NCBI GenBank assembly: GCA_965263035.1
Contig: OZ253580.1
Span: 3,104,001-3,168,000, forward strand
Reading direction: 5' to 3'
Length of the DNA stretch: 64,000 nucleotides
From: Acidobacteriota bacterium
GTDB lineage: Bacteria; Acidobacteriota; UBA6911; RPQK01; JAJDTT01
Shown here: piece after piece, positions 18,582 through 28,880 of the stretch
Numbering within the stretch: the first letter of the stretch is position 1
Layout of the letters: each line of letters begins with the position of its first letter
The notes under the pieces: generated by a model
Seen by the model: only the letters and a program-made list of their open reading frames with translations
What the model was told of the DNA's origin: nothing
Database searches by the model: none
Translations under genes and position numbers: made by a program

Positions 18582-20360
18582 TCAGTTCGGGACGATCCGA
18601 TGGGTAGAGGTCGCCATCCTTCCGGTGAGACTCTGGCGGACCACGACCACCAGGTCGCGGGGCCCATCCGGCGCGTTTCCTGCCGCCACGGGAACGAAGT
18701 GCTTGTAGCGCAGGAATTTGTCCAGATCCTGCTGGTTGAAGTCCAGATCGATCTTCTCAACGAAGTAGAAGTTTTCTCCGACCCATTTCCCGGCGTCGTC
18801 GAAGAGTGCCCCGAACATTTCTATGACGCACCGGTTCTGTCCTCCCTGGGATCTGAAGATGAAGGCGCCGGTGGGAATTCGGGCCTGCACCTGCACCTGC
18901 CCCTTCCGGTTCAGGACCCGGGTATCGACGGGAAAGTCCTGGAACAGGTCGGGGAACTTGAAGGCGTTGGCCAGATCGACGGTTTCGGCTTCCCGCGGGT
19001 CCTCTTCGACGTAACCTTCCCGGTACCGCATCCGGATGCCTTTTCTTCTGACCTTAACCTTGATCTTGTGGAACTTGCCCTGCTTCCGGATCGAGGACGG
19101 GACATATCCCAAGAGGTAGTATTGGCTGCCGTCCCGGTAGGCACTGCGGATCGGGCGTTCCAGGTCGTTGTCGTCGGCGAACCAGAGCCCACCGGTCTCC
19201 ATAGAGAGGGAGGCCAGAAACTGGTGCGGGGCCGTGATGTCCTCGGTGGAGTAGGTCGGGTAGAGGTAATTGCCCGAACCTCTGTGTTCAGAGGTGCTGA
19301 TCGCGGGGACCATCAGACCTCGGGGATCGATACTGTACACCGAAACCTGGGCTCGATTGGCCTGGCGTACCGCCGACCCGAGCCGGTTGATCAGATGGGA
19401 GGATTCAGAGGCTCCCGCCATGTAGTTGTTGGCTGCCAGATGGATCAGGGTGATCTGTCCCGGAGAGTAGGCAATGGCTCGTTGGGAAATCAGGTGAGTG
19501 ACGGTGCGCTTGGCATCGAGAGGATAGCCGTTGGAGAAGTAGATCAGCTGCTTTCGTCCGGGCAGGGAGCCCAGATGCCGGGAGAGTGCGCCGATGGCGG
19601 CGCAGGTGAAGTCCAATTGCAGTTCGACCTTCACCACGAGAGCGCGGCCGTGGTCCGCTGCCTGAGAGATGGCTCCATTCAGATTCTGATCGAGTCTCTG
19701 CTCTCCTCCGGCCGCGGCCTGACCGGGATCGAAGGTGTCCAGGGCTCCCATCTCCATTCGGGCGAAGGAATGATCCAAACTCTCCACGAACCGGGCGATG
19801 CTGGTCTCTTCAAAATCTCTCGCGACCAGTTGGTCGAGGGTGGCGTCCAATCGGGAAATGTCGCTGGTGAAGGGCATTTCGACTCGAAACTGCGGCCGTA
19901 TGCTGGCCACCATCACCCGGTCGGTGGGAGCCAGTTCGGAGCGGGCGAACCGTCGTATGGATTCCTTGGCTCGTTCCAAACCATGAAAGGACATGGCCTG
20001 CAGGTCGAACAGGAAGGCGAAATAGCCCCTGTCCTGCGGGGTCGTGGGGAGAGATCTGGCGGCGAGGGCGGGTGTCGGAACGGCGCCCGTTCTGACGTCC
20101 GAAACCAGTTGTTCCTCGGACCCGGCCCGTCTGCGCAGGTCGAAGAAGGTCAGTCTCTGGAGCTTGCCGTCCTCGAAGACCTGAATTTCCTCCGGCTTCA
20201 GGTCGTGGACGAATTGTCCCCGCTTGTCGGTGACCACCAAGTCGACCAGGACGACCTCGGATTGGGCTCGGAAAGATGGAACGAGTTCCTGCTGGGCGTC
20301 GAGCGGGACCAGGGTGAACCCCAAGAGGCCGGCGGCCCACGACAGGCGGCGAAATCGCAT
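18582..20360 (-). CDS. Acidobacteria-type VWA-domain protein
   Basis: FRAQSEVVLVDLVVTDKRG, GRKQLIYFSNG, YSIDPRGL, YYLLGYVP..GKFHKIKVKV..YREGY. Confidence 0.9.
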   Translation of the reverse strand: MRFRRLSWAAGLLGFTLVPLDAQQELVPSFRAQSEVVLVDLVVTDKRGQFVHDLKPEEIQVFEDGKLQRLTFFDLRRRAGSEEQLVSDVRTGAVPTPALAARSLPTTPQDRGYFAFLFDLQAMSFHGLERAKESIRRFARSELAPTDRVMVASIRPQFRVEMPFTSDISRLDATLDQLVARDFEETSIARFVESLDHSFARMEMGALDTFDPGQAAAGGEQRLDQNLNGAISQAADHGRALVVKVELQLDFTCAAIGALSRHLGSLPGRKQLIYFSNGYPLDAKRTVTHLISQRAIAYSPGQITLIHLAANNYMAGASESSHLINRLGSAVRQANRAQVSVYSIDPRGLMVPAISTSEHRGSGNYLYPTYSTEDITAPHQFLASLSMETGGLWFADDNDLERPIRSAYRDGSQYYLLGYVPSSIRKQGKFHKIKVKVRRKGIRMRYREGYVEEDPREAETVDLANAFKFPDLFQDFPVDTRVLNRKGQVQVQARIPTGAFIFRSQGGQNRCVIEMFGALFDDAGKWVGENFYFVEKIDLDFNQQDLDKFLRYKHFVPVAAGNAPDGPRDLVVVVRQSLTGRMATSTHRIVPN

Positions 20361-20490
20361 GGCGGCAACAGATAGGACTTCGATTCCGGTCACAGAATAC
20401 AGATGGGCATTTTATCAGGCCCGGTCTTCGAATGAAGCCGGGATTTTTCCAGGGCCCAACTTTGCGGACTGCCTCCGGTATACTCACGTC

Positions 20491-21015
20491 GTGAGATTCA
20501 TCTTTCCGGCCGCTCTGCTCTGGGCGGTCTTGTTGCCTGGAGTGATGCCGGCACAGGATTCCGAGTCGCCGGTCTCGGCTCGCAACTTCCTCTGGATCAA
20601 CCGGGACTACTGTACCGGCGGCCAACCGGCCCACCAGGACCTGATCCGGCTGAAGCAGAAAGGGGTCCACTCGGTCTTGAACCTGCGGACCGCCGCCGAG
20701 GACCCCGGCGTGGCGAAAGAGGGAGCTGCCGTGCAGGCGCTTGGACTCAAATATTTCCATCTTCCGGTGGACTCGAATCACCTGACTCCGAAGCTGGGAG
20801 ACGAGTTTCTGCGGATCGTGTCGGATGAGTCGAACCGGCCCCTCTTCATTCATTGCGCCAGCGCCAATCGGGTCGGAGCGTTCTGGATTCTTCACCGAGT
20901 GGTCAACCATGGCTGGAGCATGGCGAAGGCGGAGGAAGAGGCCCGGAAGATCGGCCTGCGATCCAAGAAGTTGCTCGAGTTCGCCAGGAAGTACCTCGAA
21001 CAGGCTGGCCATTGA
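20491..21015 (+). CDS. Exported DUF442-like protein-tyrosine-phosphatase/sulfur-transferase fold protein
   Basis: TGGQP, VLNLRT, HCASANR (CX5R); signal peptide; GTG start inferred. Confidence 0.82.
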   Translation: MRFIFPAALLWAVLLPGVMPAQDSESPVSARNFLWINRDYCTGGQPAHQDLIRLKQKGVHSVLNLRTAAEDPGVAKEGAAVQALGLKYFHLPVDSNHLTPKLGDEFLRIVSDESNRPLFIHCASANRVGAFWILHRVVNHGWSMAKAEEEARKIGLRSKKLLEFARKYLEQAGH

Positions 21016-21033
21016 ATGCCCGGGAGGTCTGAT

Positions 21034-23889
21034 ATGCGCTGGAATCTGGGGCTGACCTTGCTTTTTCTGCCTTGCGCCGTTGCGGCCTGGGGCCAGACGG
21101 AGACGAAGGTCTGGAAGGAATCCAGCTTCGAGGATTTCGTTGACGGCAGCTTTGGAGACGGCGGAGCCAACACCTACGTGTCCCGGCGGGGACGCATCCA
21201 ATTGGTGAATCGATGGGATCTCAACCAGGATGGATTCATCGACCTGGTCTTTTCCAACACCCATCCCCACAGGGAGAAGATGGACGCGGCCATCTATTGG
21301 GGAAACGGCAGGGACTTCGACGTGTCCCGCCGTTCCTTCATCCCCAATGACGGCGCCCAGTGGGCGGCGGCCGGCGATCTGAACGGGGACGGCCGGATGG
21401 ACGTGGTCTTCCCCAACTACACTAACGGCACCTGGGACGGCATGGACTCGTTCATCTATTTTGGCGGGATCGAGGAGTTGAAGAACCGCCGGGCCGACTC
21501 GGCGTGGGGATTCCACCCCTTTTCCAGGAAGATCACCCTTCCGTCGCGGGCGGCCCAGGGAGCCGCCGTGGCCGATCTGAACCGTGACGGGCACCCCGAC
21601 GTGGTCCTGGCTTTGTCCGCCGGATTCTGGGAGTACCGTGTCGGATTTCGGGGAGGGGGTTACGATTCGCCGTCCCGCATCTTCTGGGGCTCCGCCCAAG
21701 GTCCGGACCGGGAGCGCTACGTGGATGTCCCGGCGCTGGGGGCCTCGGACGCCGCCGTGGCCGATCTGAACCAGGATGGATGGCCCGATCTCATCCTGGC
21801 CAACCAGGAGGACAAGGGAAACCAGGACATCGACTCTTATGTTCTATGGGGCGGTGAGGAGGGATTCAGTCCCCGGCGCAAGGTGGATCTTCCCACCCAT
21901 CAGGCGTTCGCCGTGGAAGCGGCCGACGTGAATGGCGACGGCCACACGGACCTGGTGATCGCCAACGGGAAGGGCCCGGCTTCTTTCGTCTATCTCAACG
22001 GTGAGGAGGGCTTCTCGGCCGAGAGGCGACTGGAGCTTCCCACCAGCGATGCCCGCGACACCGCAGTGGCCGATTTCAACGGCGACGGCCACCACGACAT
22101 CTTCTTCACCAATCATCAGTCCCACGGCAACCCTCTCACCTATTCCTATCTGTATTGGGGCTCGGGCGAAGGCTTTTCCGAGGACCGGCGGCAGGAGTTC
22201 GAGACGGTGGGAGCGTGGGGCGTCTCGGCAGCCGATCTGAATCGGGACGGGCACGTCGACCTGGTCATCTCCAACTACAAGGAACACTTTTCGTTCGAGG
22301 TCCCCTCCTACATCCAATGGAACTCGGAACAGGGATTCGCTCCCACCCGGCGCACCTCCCTTTTCACCCAGGGCGCGGTGGGAAACCTGGTGACCGACTT
22401 CAACGGCGACGGCCATCTGGACGTCCTCTTCAACAACACGGTGGCGCGCAGCCGGGGTGGAAACAGTCCCGTTTTCGTCTACTGGGGAGATGCCCAGGGC
22501 CAATACAGTGTCGAGCGGCGAATCTCCCTGCCCGCCGTCGACCCCTATGAATGGGGATCGGCGGACCTGGACGACGACGGCTGGACCGATCTGGTGGTCT
22601 CCAACTTCGGAGAGACGGTCCGATGGCGCCAGGAGAGCCACGTTTACTGGGGTGATCCGGACGGGTTCCAAGTCAACAACCGGTCCGCCCTGATGGGACG
22701 CGGCAGCGCCGGCGTGAGCATTGCCGATCTGGACCGGGACGGATGGCTGGACGTGGTTCTGTCCAACGTCCCCAGTGACGAGTTGGCGGAAAAAGGGGCG
22801 TTCGTCTACTGGGGCGGCGGCGAAGGTTTCGTGGTCACCGAGCGGCTGGAACTGGACAACGGACCCACCGGCATCCCGGCCATTGCCGACCTGAACCGGG
22901 ACGGACACCTGGACCTCGTTTTCTCGGCCAACGCAGAGGGCGTCCCCATCTATTGGGGCGACGGAAGCCGCGGCTATTCCTCGTCGCGCCGTGGCATCGT
23001 TCCCGGGTCGTCCGGCCTCCGGGGCGCGGAGGTCGCCGACCTGAATCGGGACGGAGTGCTCGATCTGGTCTTGAGCCGTGGCATCGAGGGGGGCTCCCGG
23101 TTGACCACGGGGTTCGTCTACTGGGGTGCGGGAGAGGGAGAATACTCGGCCGACCGGCGCACTGTATTCGAGATCGAGGGGACCAACCTGGTGACGGTGG
23201 CGGACGTGAACCAGGATGGATGGCTGGACCTCGTGTGCCCCAATTACAACACCGGATCGAGCCGGGCGACTCTCTCACGGGTGCATCTGGGCGGACCTGA
23301 CGGGTTCGACCCGAAGCGGATGTTCGAGTTGCCCACCAATTCCGGAGCCGGGAGCATGGTGGCGGACTTCAACCAGGACGGATATGCCGACATTCTCTTC
23401 GTCTGCCACCGTTCCGAGGGGAACGCCAACCGGATCGGCTCGTTCGGCGATCATGCCACCAACTCCTTCCTCTACTGGGGAGGGGGCGATGGCTTCCGGG
23501 CCGACCGCCGGCTGGAGATTCCGGTCCGCGGACCCCATAACGACTCGGGAGTGGACCTGGGCAACATCTACGACCGGCGATTCGAGTTCGACTATGTCTC
23601 GTCAGTCCACTCGTTCGCCGAGGGCCGTCCGGCGAATCTGACCTGGAAGGCTCAGACGCCCCTGGGCAGCCGAGTGCGTTTCCAGATCAGGACGGCCGAG
23701 TCGGAAGCAGAATTGGCCGGCGCCGCGTGGCGGGGACCCGGCGGTCCGGCGACCTTCTTCGAACATCCCTCCAATATCCCGCATACGGATCCATCGCACT
23801 CGGTGATTCAATACCGGGCGACTCTCCATACCGCTCCCACAGGAGTCGTATCGCCGATCCTGGAAGAAGTGGTCGTGCTGTTCCGGTAG
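21034..23889 (+). CDS. Large secreted FG-GAP/VCBS repeat beta-propeller protein
   Basis: Many ADLNxDGxxDLV...YWG repeats; signal peptide. Confidence 0.92.
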   Translation: MRWNLGLTLLFLPCAVAAWGQTETKVWKESSFEDFVDGSFGDGGANTYVSRRGRIQLVNRWDLNQDGFIDLVFSNTHPHREKMDAAIYWGNGRDFDVSRRSFIPNDGAQWAAAGDLNGDGRMDVVFPNYTNGTWDGMDSFIYFGGIEELKNRRADSAWGFHPFSRKITLPSRAAQGAAVADLNRDGHPDVVLALSAGFWEYRVGFRGGGYDSPSRIFWGSAQGPDRERYVDVPALGASDAAVADLNQDGWPDLILANQEDKGNQDIDSYVLWGGEEGFSPRRKVDLPTHQAFAVEAADVNGDGHTDLVIANGKGPASFVYLNGEEGFSAERRLELPTSDARDTAVADFNGDGHHDIFFTNHQSHGNPLTYSYLYWGSGEGFSEDRRQEFETVGAWGVSAADLNRDGHVDLVISNYKEHFSFEVPSYIQWNSEQGFAPTRRTSLFTQGAVGNLVTDFNGDGHLDVLFNNTVARSRGGNSPVFVYWGDAQGQYSVERRISLPAVDPYEWGSADLDDDGWTDLVVSNFGETVRWRQESHVYWGDPDGFQVNNRSALMGRGSAGVSIADLDRDGWLDVVLSNVPSDELAEKGAFVYWGGGEGFVVTERLELDNGPTGIPAIADLNRDGHLDLVFSANAEGVPIYWGDGSRGYSSSRRGIVPGSSGLRGAEVADLNRDGVLDLVLSRGIEGGSRLTTGFVYWGAGEGEYSADRRTVFEIEGTNLVTVADVNQDGWLDLVCPNYNTGSSRATLSRVHLGGPDGFDPKRMFELPTNSGAGSMVADFNQDGYADILFVCHRSEGNANRIGSFGDHATNSFLYWGGGDGFRADRRLEIPVRGPHNDSGVDLGNIYDRRFEFDYVSSVHSFAEGRPANLTWKAQTPLGSRVRFQIRTAESEAELAGAAWRGPGGPATFFEHPSNIPHTDPSHSVIQYRATLHTAPTGVVSPILEEVVVLFR

Positions 23890-24127
23890 GACATCCGCTC
23901 CCAGGTTCGCTCGCAACCGGGCATCTGTGGGACTAACCCTTCAGGCGGGGCCGAGGACTCGGCTCTGATTGCTCGGCCTGGAGAACGGGGTATGCTGACG
24001 GCAGGCGGGCAGCGCCAACGACTCGTGGTCGCCGGTTTCGGCATGGTGGCTCCTGGGTTCCGCAGGGCAGAAACCCTGGCGGCGATTCTCGCCGGCCGCC
24101 GGAGCCGATTCCTCGGATATACGGCGG

Positions 24128-24250
24128 CCATCCGGTGGCGACTCGCCGGCGTGCGTGACCTGCCACAACGCCCACAAGGACAGTCCGCGCAACGACTTCG
24201 AATTGGGGAAGACCATGGGGGCCGTCGTCATCCGCATCCGATTGGGATAA
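24128..24250 (+). pseudogene. Remnant of a DUF3365 (Tll0287-like) heme c domain, C-terminal part only
   Basis: A frame absent from the ORF track reads SPACVTCHNAHKDSPRNDFELGKTMGAVVIRIRLG*. Confidence 0.65.
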
Positions 24251-24265
24251 TCCTTCGGTCCCGCT

Positions 24266-24469
24266 TCAATCTCTACCCGCGTCACTCGCCGGGTCCCGTG
24301 GCGCCACCAGTTTCACCGAAGCTCCGGTATCGACCAGAATCACTCGCTTTTCCCCGCGTGTGAGCCGCATCACGTCACTGGTGCTGAGACCACGGTCCGC
24401 AACTCCGCGCGCGCTCCGGAGGCGTTGCTCGATGAGCGCTCGTTTGCTCGGCACAGGACGGTTCACCAT
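24266..24469 (-). pseudogene. Decayed vapBC-type toxin-antitoxin module (antitoxin tail fused to truncated PIN start)
   Basis: GLSTSDVMRLTRGE resembles an AbrB/MazE antitoxin end; VILVDTGA..L..PRDP resembles a PIN N-terminus and stops after 25 codons. Confidence 0.6.
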
Positions 24470-24482
24470 GTCACCGTCAGAC

Positions 24483-25689
24483 TCAGGTTTGGATGCCATA
24501 CGTCTCCATGGCGGTCCCACCCCGGATCTGGGCGACGTCGCTTTCGCTCATGTACGGGCACCGCTCCTTGATGTAGTCGAACTGGTGCCGGTACTGCCCG
24601 ACGGTCGGAAGATTCGCGTGGGTGTACTCGGAGCCCCACATCAGCTTGGCCGGGCCGAAGGTGTCGTAAAACGCCTTGAGCACCACGTCCCCGGGTCCGT
24701 ACAGGTCGGACCTGTGCTGGAGTCCGGTGAGGAGCTCCAGGACCACGTTGTAGTTTCTGACCCCCTCGACGACCGCTTCAGGAATTCGGACGGAGCTGTC
24801 GTCCTGGAGACAGCTGGGCGGCCAAATGCCGTGGATGAGGACCACCTTCAGATCCGGGAACCGTTTGACTAGGAGTCTGCGCGGTAGAAATGATCGTAGC
24901 GAGAAAGTGGGGAATCGAGGCCAGATTTTCTCGATTTTGAGGTGCATAGTTGTTCTATTCGCCGAGAAATCGAGGAAATATGGACCGATTCTACCGCTTT
25001 CGCAGTAGGTGAATTTCTGCGGCGCAGGCTCCTAGGTTCAAGACGGCGGGCCCCAGGGTCTGGAAATTGTCTGCATAAGACGTGATGCAGGCGGGGACGC
25101 CCAGTGACTGGACCAGTTCCCATTGAGGGTCGTAACGGGGATGGTCGAAGTGGTAGAAGGGATCGGGGGTGCCCCACTCCTTGGGGTCCATCCCCATTTT
25201 CACCCTCTGCTCCGGGGGCCAGCAGTCGTAGTACCAGCCCTTGAAGCCCCATTCCTCGACGTGTTGCTGGATCAGCTTCAGCCCGCGGTCACCCGGCAGC
25301 AGCCGTTCGTCGATCTTGCTGATGGCGACGAACCGGTCCGGATGTTCCTTCATCACTCGGCGGTGATATCGATGCAGGTAGTAGGAGCATTGGAGCACCT
25401 GCACGTCGATGCCGACGGCATCCATCAGGTAGAGGTTGTCCCGGTGGGACATCCCGTACTTGAACTCCCTGTCGTACCGTCCGTCCAGGTCCTGGATCTC
25501 AACTTGACTGATGTGGCCATGCGCATCGATCTTCAGGGACCGGTCGTCCTGCCTGTTCTGACTTGAGATGCTCGCGCTTCGCGCCTCGGCTCCGGCAAGA
25601 TGGGCCGCGGCGGCGGTTCCCAGGACCATGGCCGATCGGTGAAGAAAACCGCGGCGAGTCTGAACGCCGTCAATCCGAGAACTGCGCAT
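24483..25689 (-). pseudogene. Tat-exported amidohydrolase-2 family gene interrupted by element A
   Basis: TRRGFL, IDAHGH in the N-half; LVKRFPDLKVVLIHG and KLMWGSEY in the C-half; removing 163 bp restores ...AVLNLVKRFPDL... Confidence 0.88.
24869..25035. mobile_element. Element A, MITE-like (161 bp + TA duplication, CTAG target), copy 1
   Basis: TIRs GGAGYCTGCGC; near-identical to 35042-35208 and 57782-57948 (opposite orientation); empty site can be reconstructed inside a gene. Confidence 0.93.
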
Positions 25690-25761
25690 GAATCACCTCC
25701 TGGACCGGGGGAGATAATGATCTTGAAACTTCACGGAAGATTCGGAGTGCGACGGTTCGTA

Positions 25762-27495
25762 TCAATATTCCGGCCGCGGTTCAGCGTCTGGGTCCAATCC
25801 CCCGCTCCTTTGGCCCGCGGTCTTAACCCATCCCTGCGGCCGGAGAACCACGTCCAGAAAACTGGTCCGATCATTCTGAATCATCACCAGTTTCGGACGA
25901 ACCGTCGCCATTTCCGGTTGGGTCCTTCCCGGCTCCTGAGTCCGGTCCAACTCCGGGCGCGAGTGGAAGCTCAAGGAGTAGAGGCCCGGCGGGATTTCTT
26001 CAAGGCTGAATCGTCCCTCCTGGGAGAAGCTTCTGAAGATCCCCAGGTCGAAGCCGTCCTTTCTCAATACGATGGTGAAATCCCGCACGGGGATCCCGTC
26101 GGAATCAGCGACGTTCCCCTCGACCCGCCCCCCGCCCCTGACCCGGAGATCGATGTTGGCCTGGTAGGACCGGATCACCTTGGCCTCCGTGATGCCGCGT
26201 CCCAGGTGGAGGGCCGTGGCATAGATGCGAAAGGGATATTCGGTGGCGTGGTAGGTCTGTGGCGACTTCGATCTGTCGATGTTGCCGGCGACCGGGGAGA
26301 CGACACCCTTGCCGCTCTCCAGTGCGGTCCCGATCACGAAGGGGTCCGCCACGATCCGTCCCTTGCCGTCGTAGACTTGAACCGTGAAGCTCCGGTACTT
26401 CTTGTATCTCTGCAGGACGGGAAAGATCTTGGTGTCCTGAGTCACCTCGTGGGTCTGCCAGTATGTCTTGTGGTCCTTGAATTCGACCTCCAGTGTGGTG
26501 ATGCTTGGAGGGAAAATGAATTCGAAGTGGCCGTCGGAACCGGTGGTGGCGCCAGCACGTCCCCGTGGTCCGGACTTGGTACTGACTCCCAGCTTAACGC
26601 TTGCGCCGGCCAGGGGAAGTCCCTCCCCATCGGAAACCCGGCCCGACAGCCGGACGAGCTCGTCCCATTCCGCCAGGACTATTTCGAGAGGTCCCGGAGT
26701 GGGAACCTGGACTGCGTCCTCATAATGCTGATGTGTCAGTGAGAATACATGGAGTTCGTAGGTCCCTTCCGGGGCTTCCAGCGAGAAGACACCGTTCTGA
26801 TCCGTCTCGGCATGGCTGGGTATAGTCATGCTTCTCACGAGCCGGTTCCAATCTCGAAATGGGATGTGTACGGGCCTCCGTAAGGGCCAGAAGGGACGTT
26901 TACCCGTCTTTAGCTGAGTCCCCAGAGAAACGATGACTCCCGGAACCACTCGGCCTGCCTCGTCATGCACCGACCCGGTCACCCGGAATCCCGGTGGATC
27001 TCCAGGCGTCAGGACAATGGTGCGCTGAGCCATCGATCCCTCAGCTGCGAAACCGGCGTTGTCGGAAACGTACTCGGGATGGTCCGCCCAAAGCCAGTAC
27101 TGTCCGCGGTCCAGTTCGAAAGAGGCCCTTCCATCGGGTCCGGTCTGCCCCGCCAATTTTCTGGATGGCGACCACACCTCCGTGATCTGAACCGTTGCTT
27201 CCGGCAGGGGGACTTGCGTTTCTTCATCGACCACCAGGATCTCGAGACGGGTTAGCGCATCGGTCCAGGGTCCCGCCCTCTTCGCGGTCCCGCCCGGGGG
27301 TAACCCGTGAGGTCTTTTCTCGCCGCTGCCGTACGGCGAAGGCCGCCGCACCCTGTCCTCGTCTCGTTGCGTCTGGATCTGGGAATTGGAGTGGGAATGG
27401 GACACGTACTCCGGATCTGGTCCGCCGTCGCGGAGAAGAAGGAAAACCAGGATCATCGCCAGTGGGAGCAGCAGGAATCGACGGGACCTGCCCAT
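25762..27495 (-). CDS. Membrane-anchored protein with carboxypeptidase-regulatory-like (transthyretin-like) repeats
   Basis: N-terminal TM; repeated GxVxDxxGxPxxGAxV...TDxxGxFxL...GxYxL motifs. Confidence 0.82.
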   Translation of the reverse strand: MGRSRRFLLLPLAMILVFLLLRDGGPDPEYVSHSHSNSQIQTQRDEDRVRRPSPYGSGEKRPHGLPPGGTAKRAGPWTDALTRLEILVVDEETQVPLPEATVQITEVWSPSRKLAGQTGPDGRASFELDRGQYWLWADHPEYVSDNAGFAAEGSMAQRTIVLTPGDPPGFRVTGSVHDEAGRVVPGVIVSLGTQLKTGKRPFWPLRRPVHIPFRDWNRLVRSMTIPSHAETDQNGVFSLEAPEGTYELHVFSLTHQHYEDAVQVPTPGPLEIVLAEWDELVRLSGRVSDGEGLPLAGASVKLGVSTKSGPRGRAGATTGSDGHFEFIFPPSITTLEVEFKDHKTYWQTHEVTQDTKIFPVLQRYKKYRSFTVQVYDGKGRIVADPFVIGTALESGKGVVSPVAGNIDRSKSPQTYHATEYPFRIYATALHLGRGITEAKVIRSYQANIDLRVRGGGRVEGNVADSDGIPVRDFTIVLRKDGFDLGIFRSFSQEGRFSLEEIPPGLYSLSFHSRPELDRTQEPGRTQPEMATVRPKLVMIQNDRTSFLDVVLRPQGWVKTAGQRSGGLDPDAEPRPEY

Positions 27496-27526
27496 GTTAC
27501 GTCTCCGGGCGGTGCGTCAGAGGGCT

Positions 27527-27602
27527 TGGAGGCGGCGACCGGACTCGAACCGGTGAATGGAGGTTTTGCAGACCTCTCCCTTAGCCACTTGGGTACGCCG
27601 CC
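27527..27602 (-). tRNA. tRNA-Cys (GCA)
   Basis: GGCGGCGTACCCAAGTGGCTAAGGGAGAGGTCTGCAAAACCTCCATTCACCGGTTCGAGTCCGGTCGCCGCCTCCA: cloverleaf, GCA anticodon, TTCGA loop, U73 discriminator, encoded CCA. Confidence 0.97.
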
Positions 27603-27615
27603 ATCGGTTCTGCCC

Positions 27616-27645
27616 ATTATAGGGAACGCCGGAATTGGAACTCAA
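27616..27645 (-). promoter_or_regulatory. Putative sigma70 promoter of tRNA-Cys
   Basis: TTGAGT-N18-TATAAT just upstream of the tRNA 5' end; a divergent TTGACC-N17-TAGCGT near 27676 may serve bioF. Confidence 0.5.
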
Positions 27646-27728
27646 ATGGTGGGGATGCCAAGACCCGCAGGATTCTTGACCGGTTGGGGTAATTCCAATA
27701 GCGTGTGACCCATGTCGGCGTGGGCTCC

Positions 27729-28880
27729 ATGAGAACTCTCGGTCGGGAATTGGAGCAGCGCCTCGAGCGAGTTCGCTCGTCCGGGCTCTACCGATCCCTT
27801 GAGGAAGTGTCCCCCGAGCTAGAGGACTTCTGCTCCAACGACTACCTTGATCTGTCCCGCGACCCCCGGCTGAGGGCGTTCCTGATCGAGCGCCTGCAAG
27901 AGGAGGCCGGGTCCCGTCCCGTCTCCGCCCCGTCCTCCCGGCTGCTGCGGGGAAGCACGCGGCATCACCGCCGCCTGGAGGACAAGCTGGCCCGCTTCAA
28001 GGGAACCGAAGCCGCCCTCGTCTTCCCCAGCGGTTATCAGGCCAACCTGGGTCTCTTGTCCGCACTCATCGGTCCCCGGGACCGAGTGGTTTCGGACCGG
28101 CTCAACCATGCCAGCATCATCGACGGTCTGCGTTTGAGCGGGGCGCGGAGAATCGTTCATCGCCACCGGGATCTGGAGGCGGTGCGAACCGCTCTCGCGA
28201 CTCCCCATCCGCGTGGCCGGACCTTTCTGGTCACCGAGTCCCTCTTCAGCATGGATGGAGACATCGCACCATTGGACCAGTACGCCGACCTGGCGGAAGC
28301 GTGGGGAGCCGATCTGATCGTGGATGACTCCCATGCCACCGGGCTCTTCGGCGCCCGGAGAGGGTCGGGTCTGACGGAGCATTTCGGAATCGAGAAACGG
28401 GCTGCGGCCATCGTCTCGGGGTGTGGCAAGGGCCTGGGAGTGGCCGGCGCCTTCGTGGCCGGCCCCCGAACCGTCATCGAGTACCTGATCAATGCTTGCC
28501 GCAGCTTCATCTTCACCACGTCCACGCCGCCGCTTCTCCTCTACGCGTTGGAAGCGGCTCTGGAGATCATTCGGAGCGACCCGGGACGCCGGGAACGGGT
28601 CCTGAAACTTTCCCGGCGCCTGCGCCGGAAACTGAGAGCTCAGGGACTGGACACCTTGGACAGTGCGGGACCCATCGTGCCGGTCATCCTGGGGGACAAC
28701 CGCCGTGCCCTGGCCGTCGCCCAGCGGCTTCGAGACGGGGGCATGGACGTGAGGGCGCTTCGTCCCCCCACGGTGCCGGCCGGGACCGCACGGCTGCGGA
28801 TCTCGATTCACGCCAACCATACTCCCGAGCAGTTGGATCGACTTTGCCGGACACTGGCTGAAGCCCTAGAGGCCGTTTGA
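27729..28880 (+). CDS. bioF: 8-amino-7-oxononanoate synthase
   Basis: DFCSNDYL, SGYQAN, DRLNHASIIDG, ESLFSMDGD, RPPTVP..RLRIS. Confidence 0.95.
   Translation: MRTLGRELEQRLERVRSSGLYRSLEEVSPELEDFCSNDYLDLSRDPRLRAFLIERLQEEAGSRPVSAPSSRLLRGSTRHHRRLEDKLARFKGTEAALVFPSGYQANLGLLSALIGPRDRVVSDRLNHASIIDGLRLSGARRIVHRHRDLEAVRTALATPHPRGRTFLVTESLFSMDGDIAPLDQYADLAEAWGADLIVDDSHATGLFGARRGSGLTEHFGIEKRAAAIVSGCGKGLGVAGAFVAGPRTVIEYLINACRSFIFTTSTPPLLLYALEAALEIIRSDPGRRERVLKLSRRLRRKLRAQGLDTLDSAGPIVPVILGDNRRALAVAQRLRDGGMDVRALRPPTVPAGTARLRISIHANHTPEQLDRLCRTLAEALEAV

Noticed and set aside
21034-23889. Periodic GCCGATCTGAAC-like DNA repeats resembling an array
   Set aside because: They are coding FG-GAP repeats in frame, not CRISPR; the same applies to the ankyrin genes.
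23890-27527. tRNA-Cys-anchored integrative element
   Set aside because: No integrase and no duplicated tRNA 3' end were found by eye, so only a decayed hotspot can be claimed.
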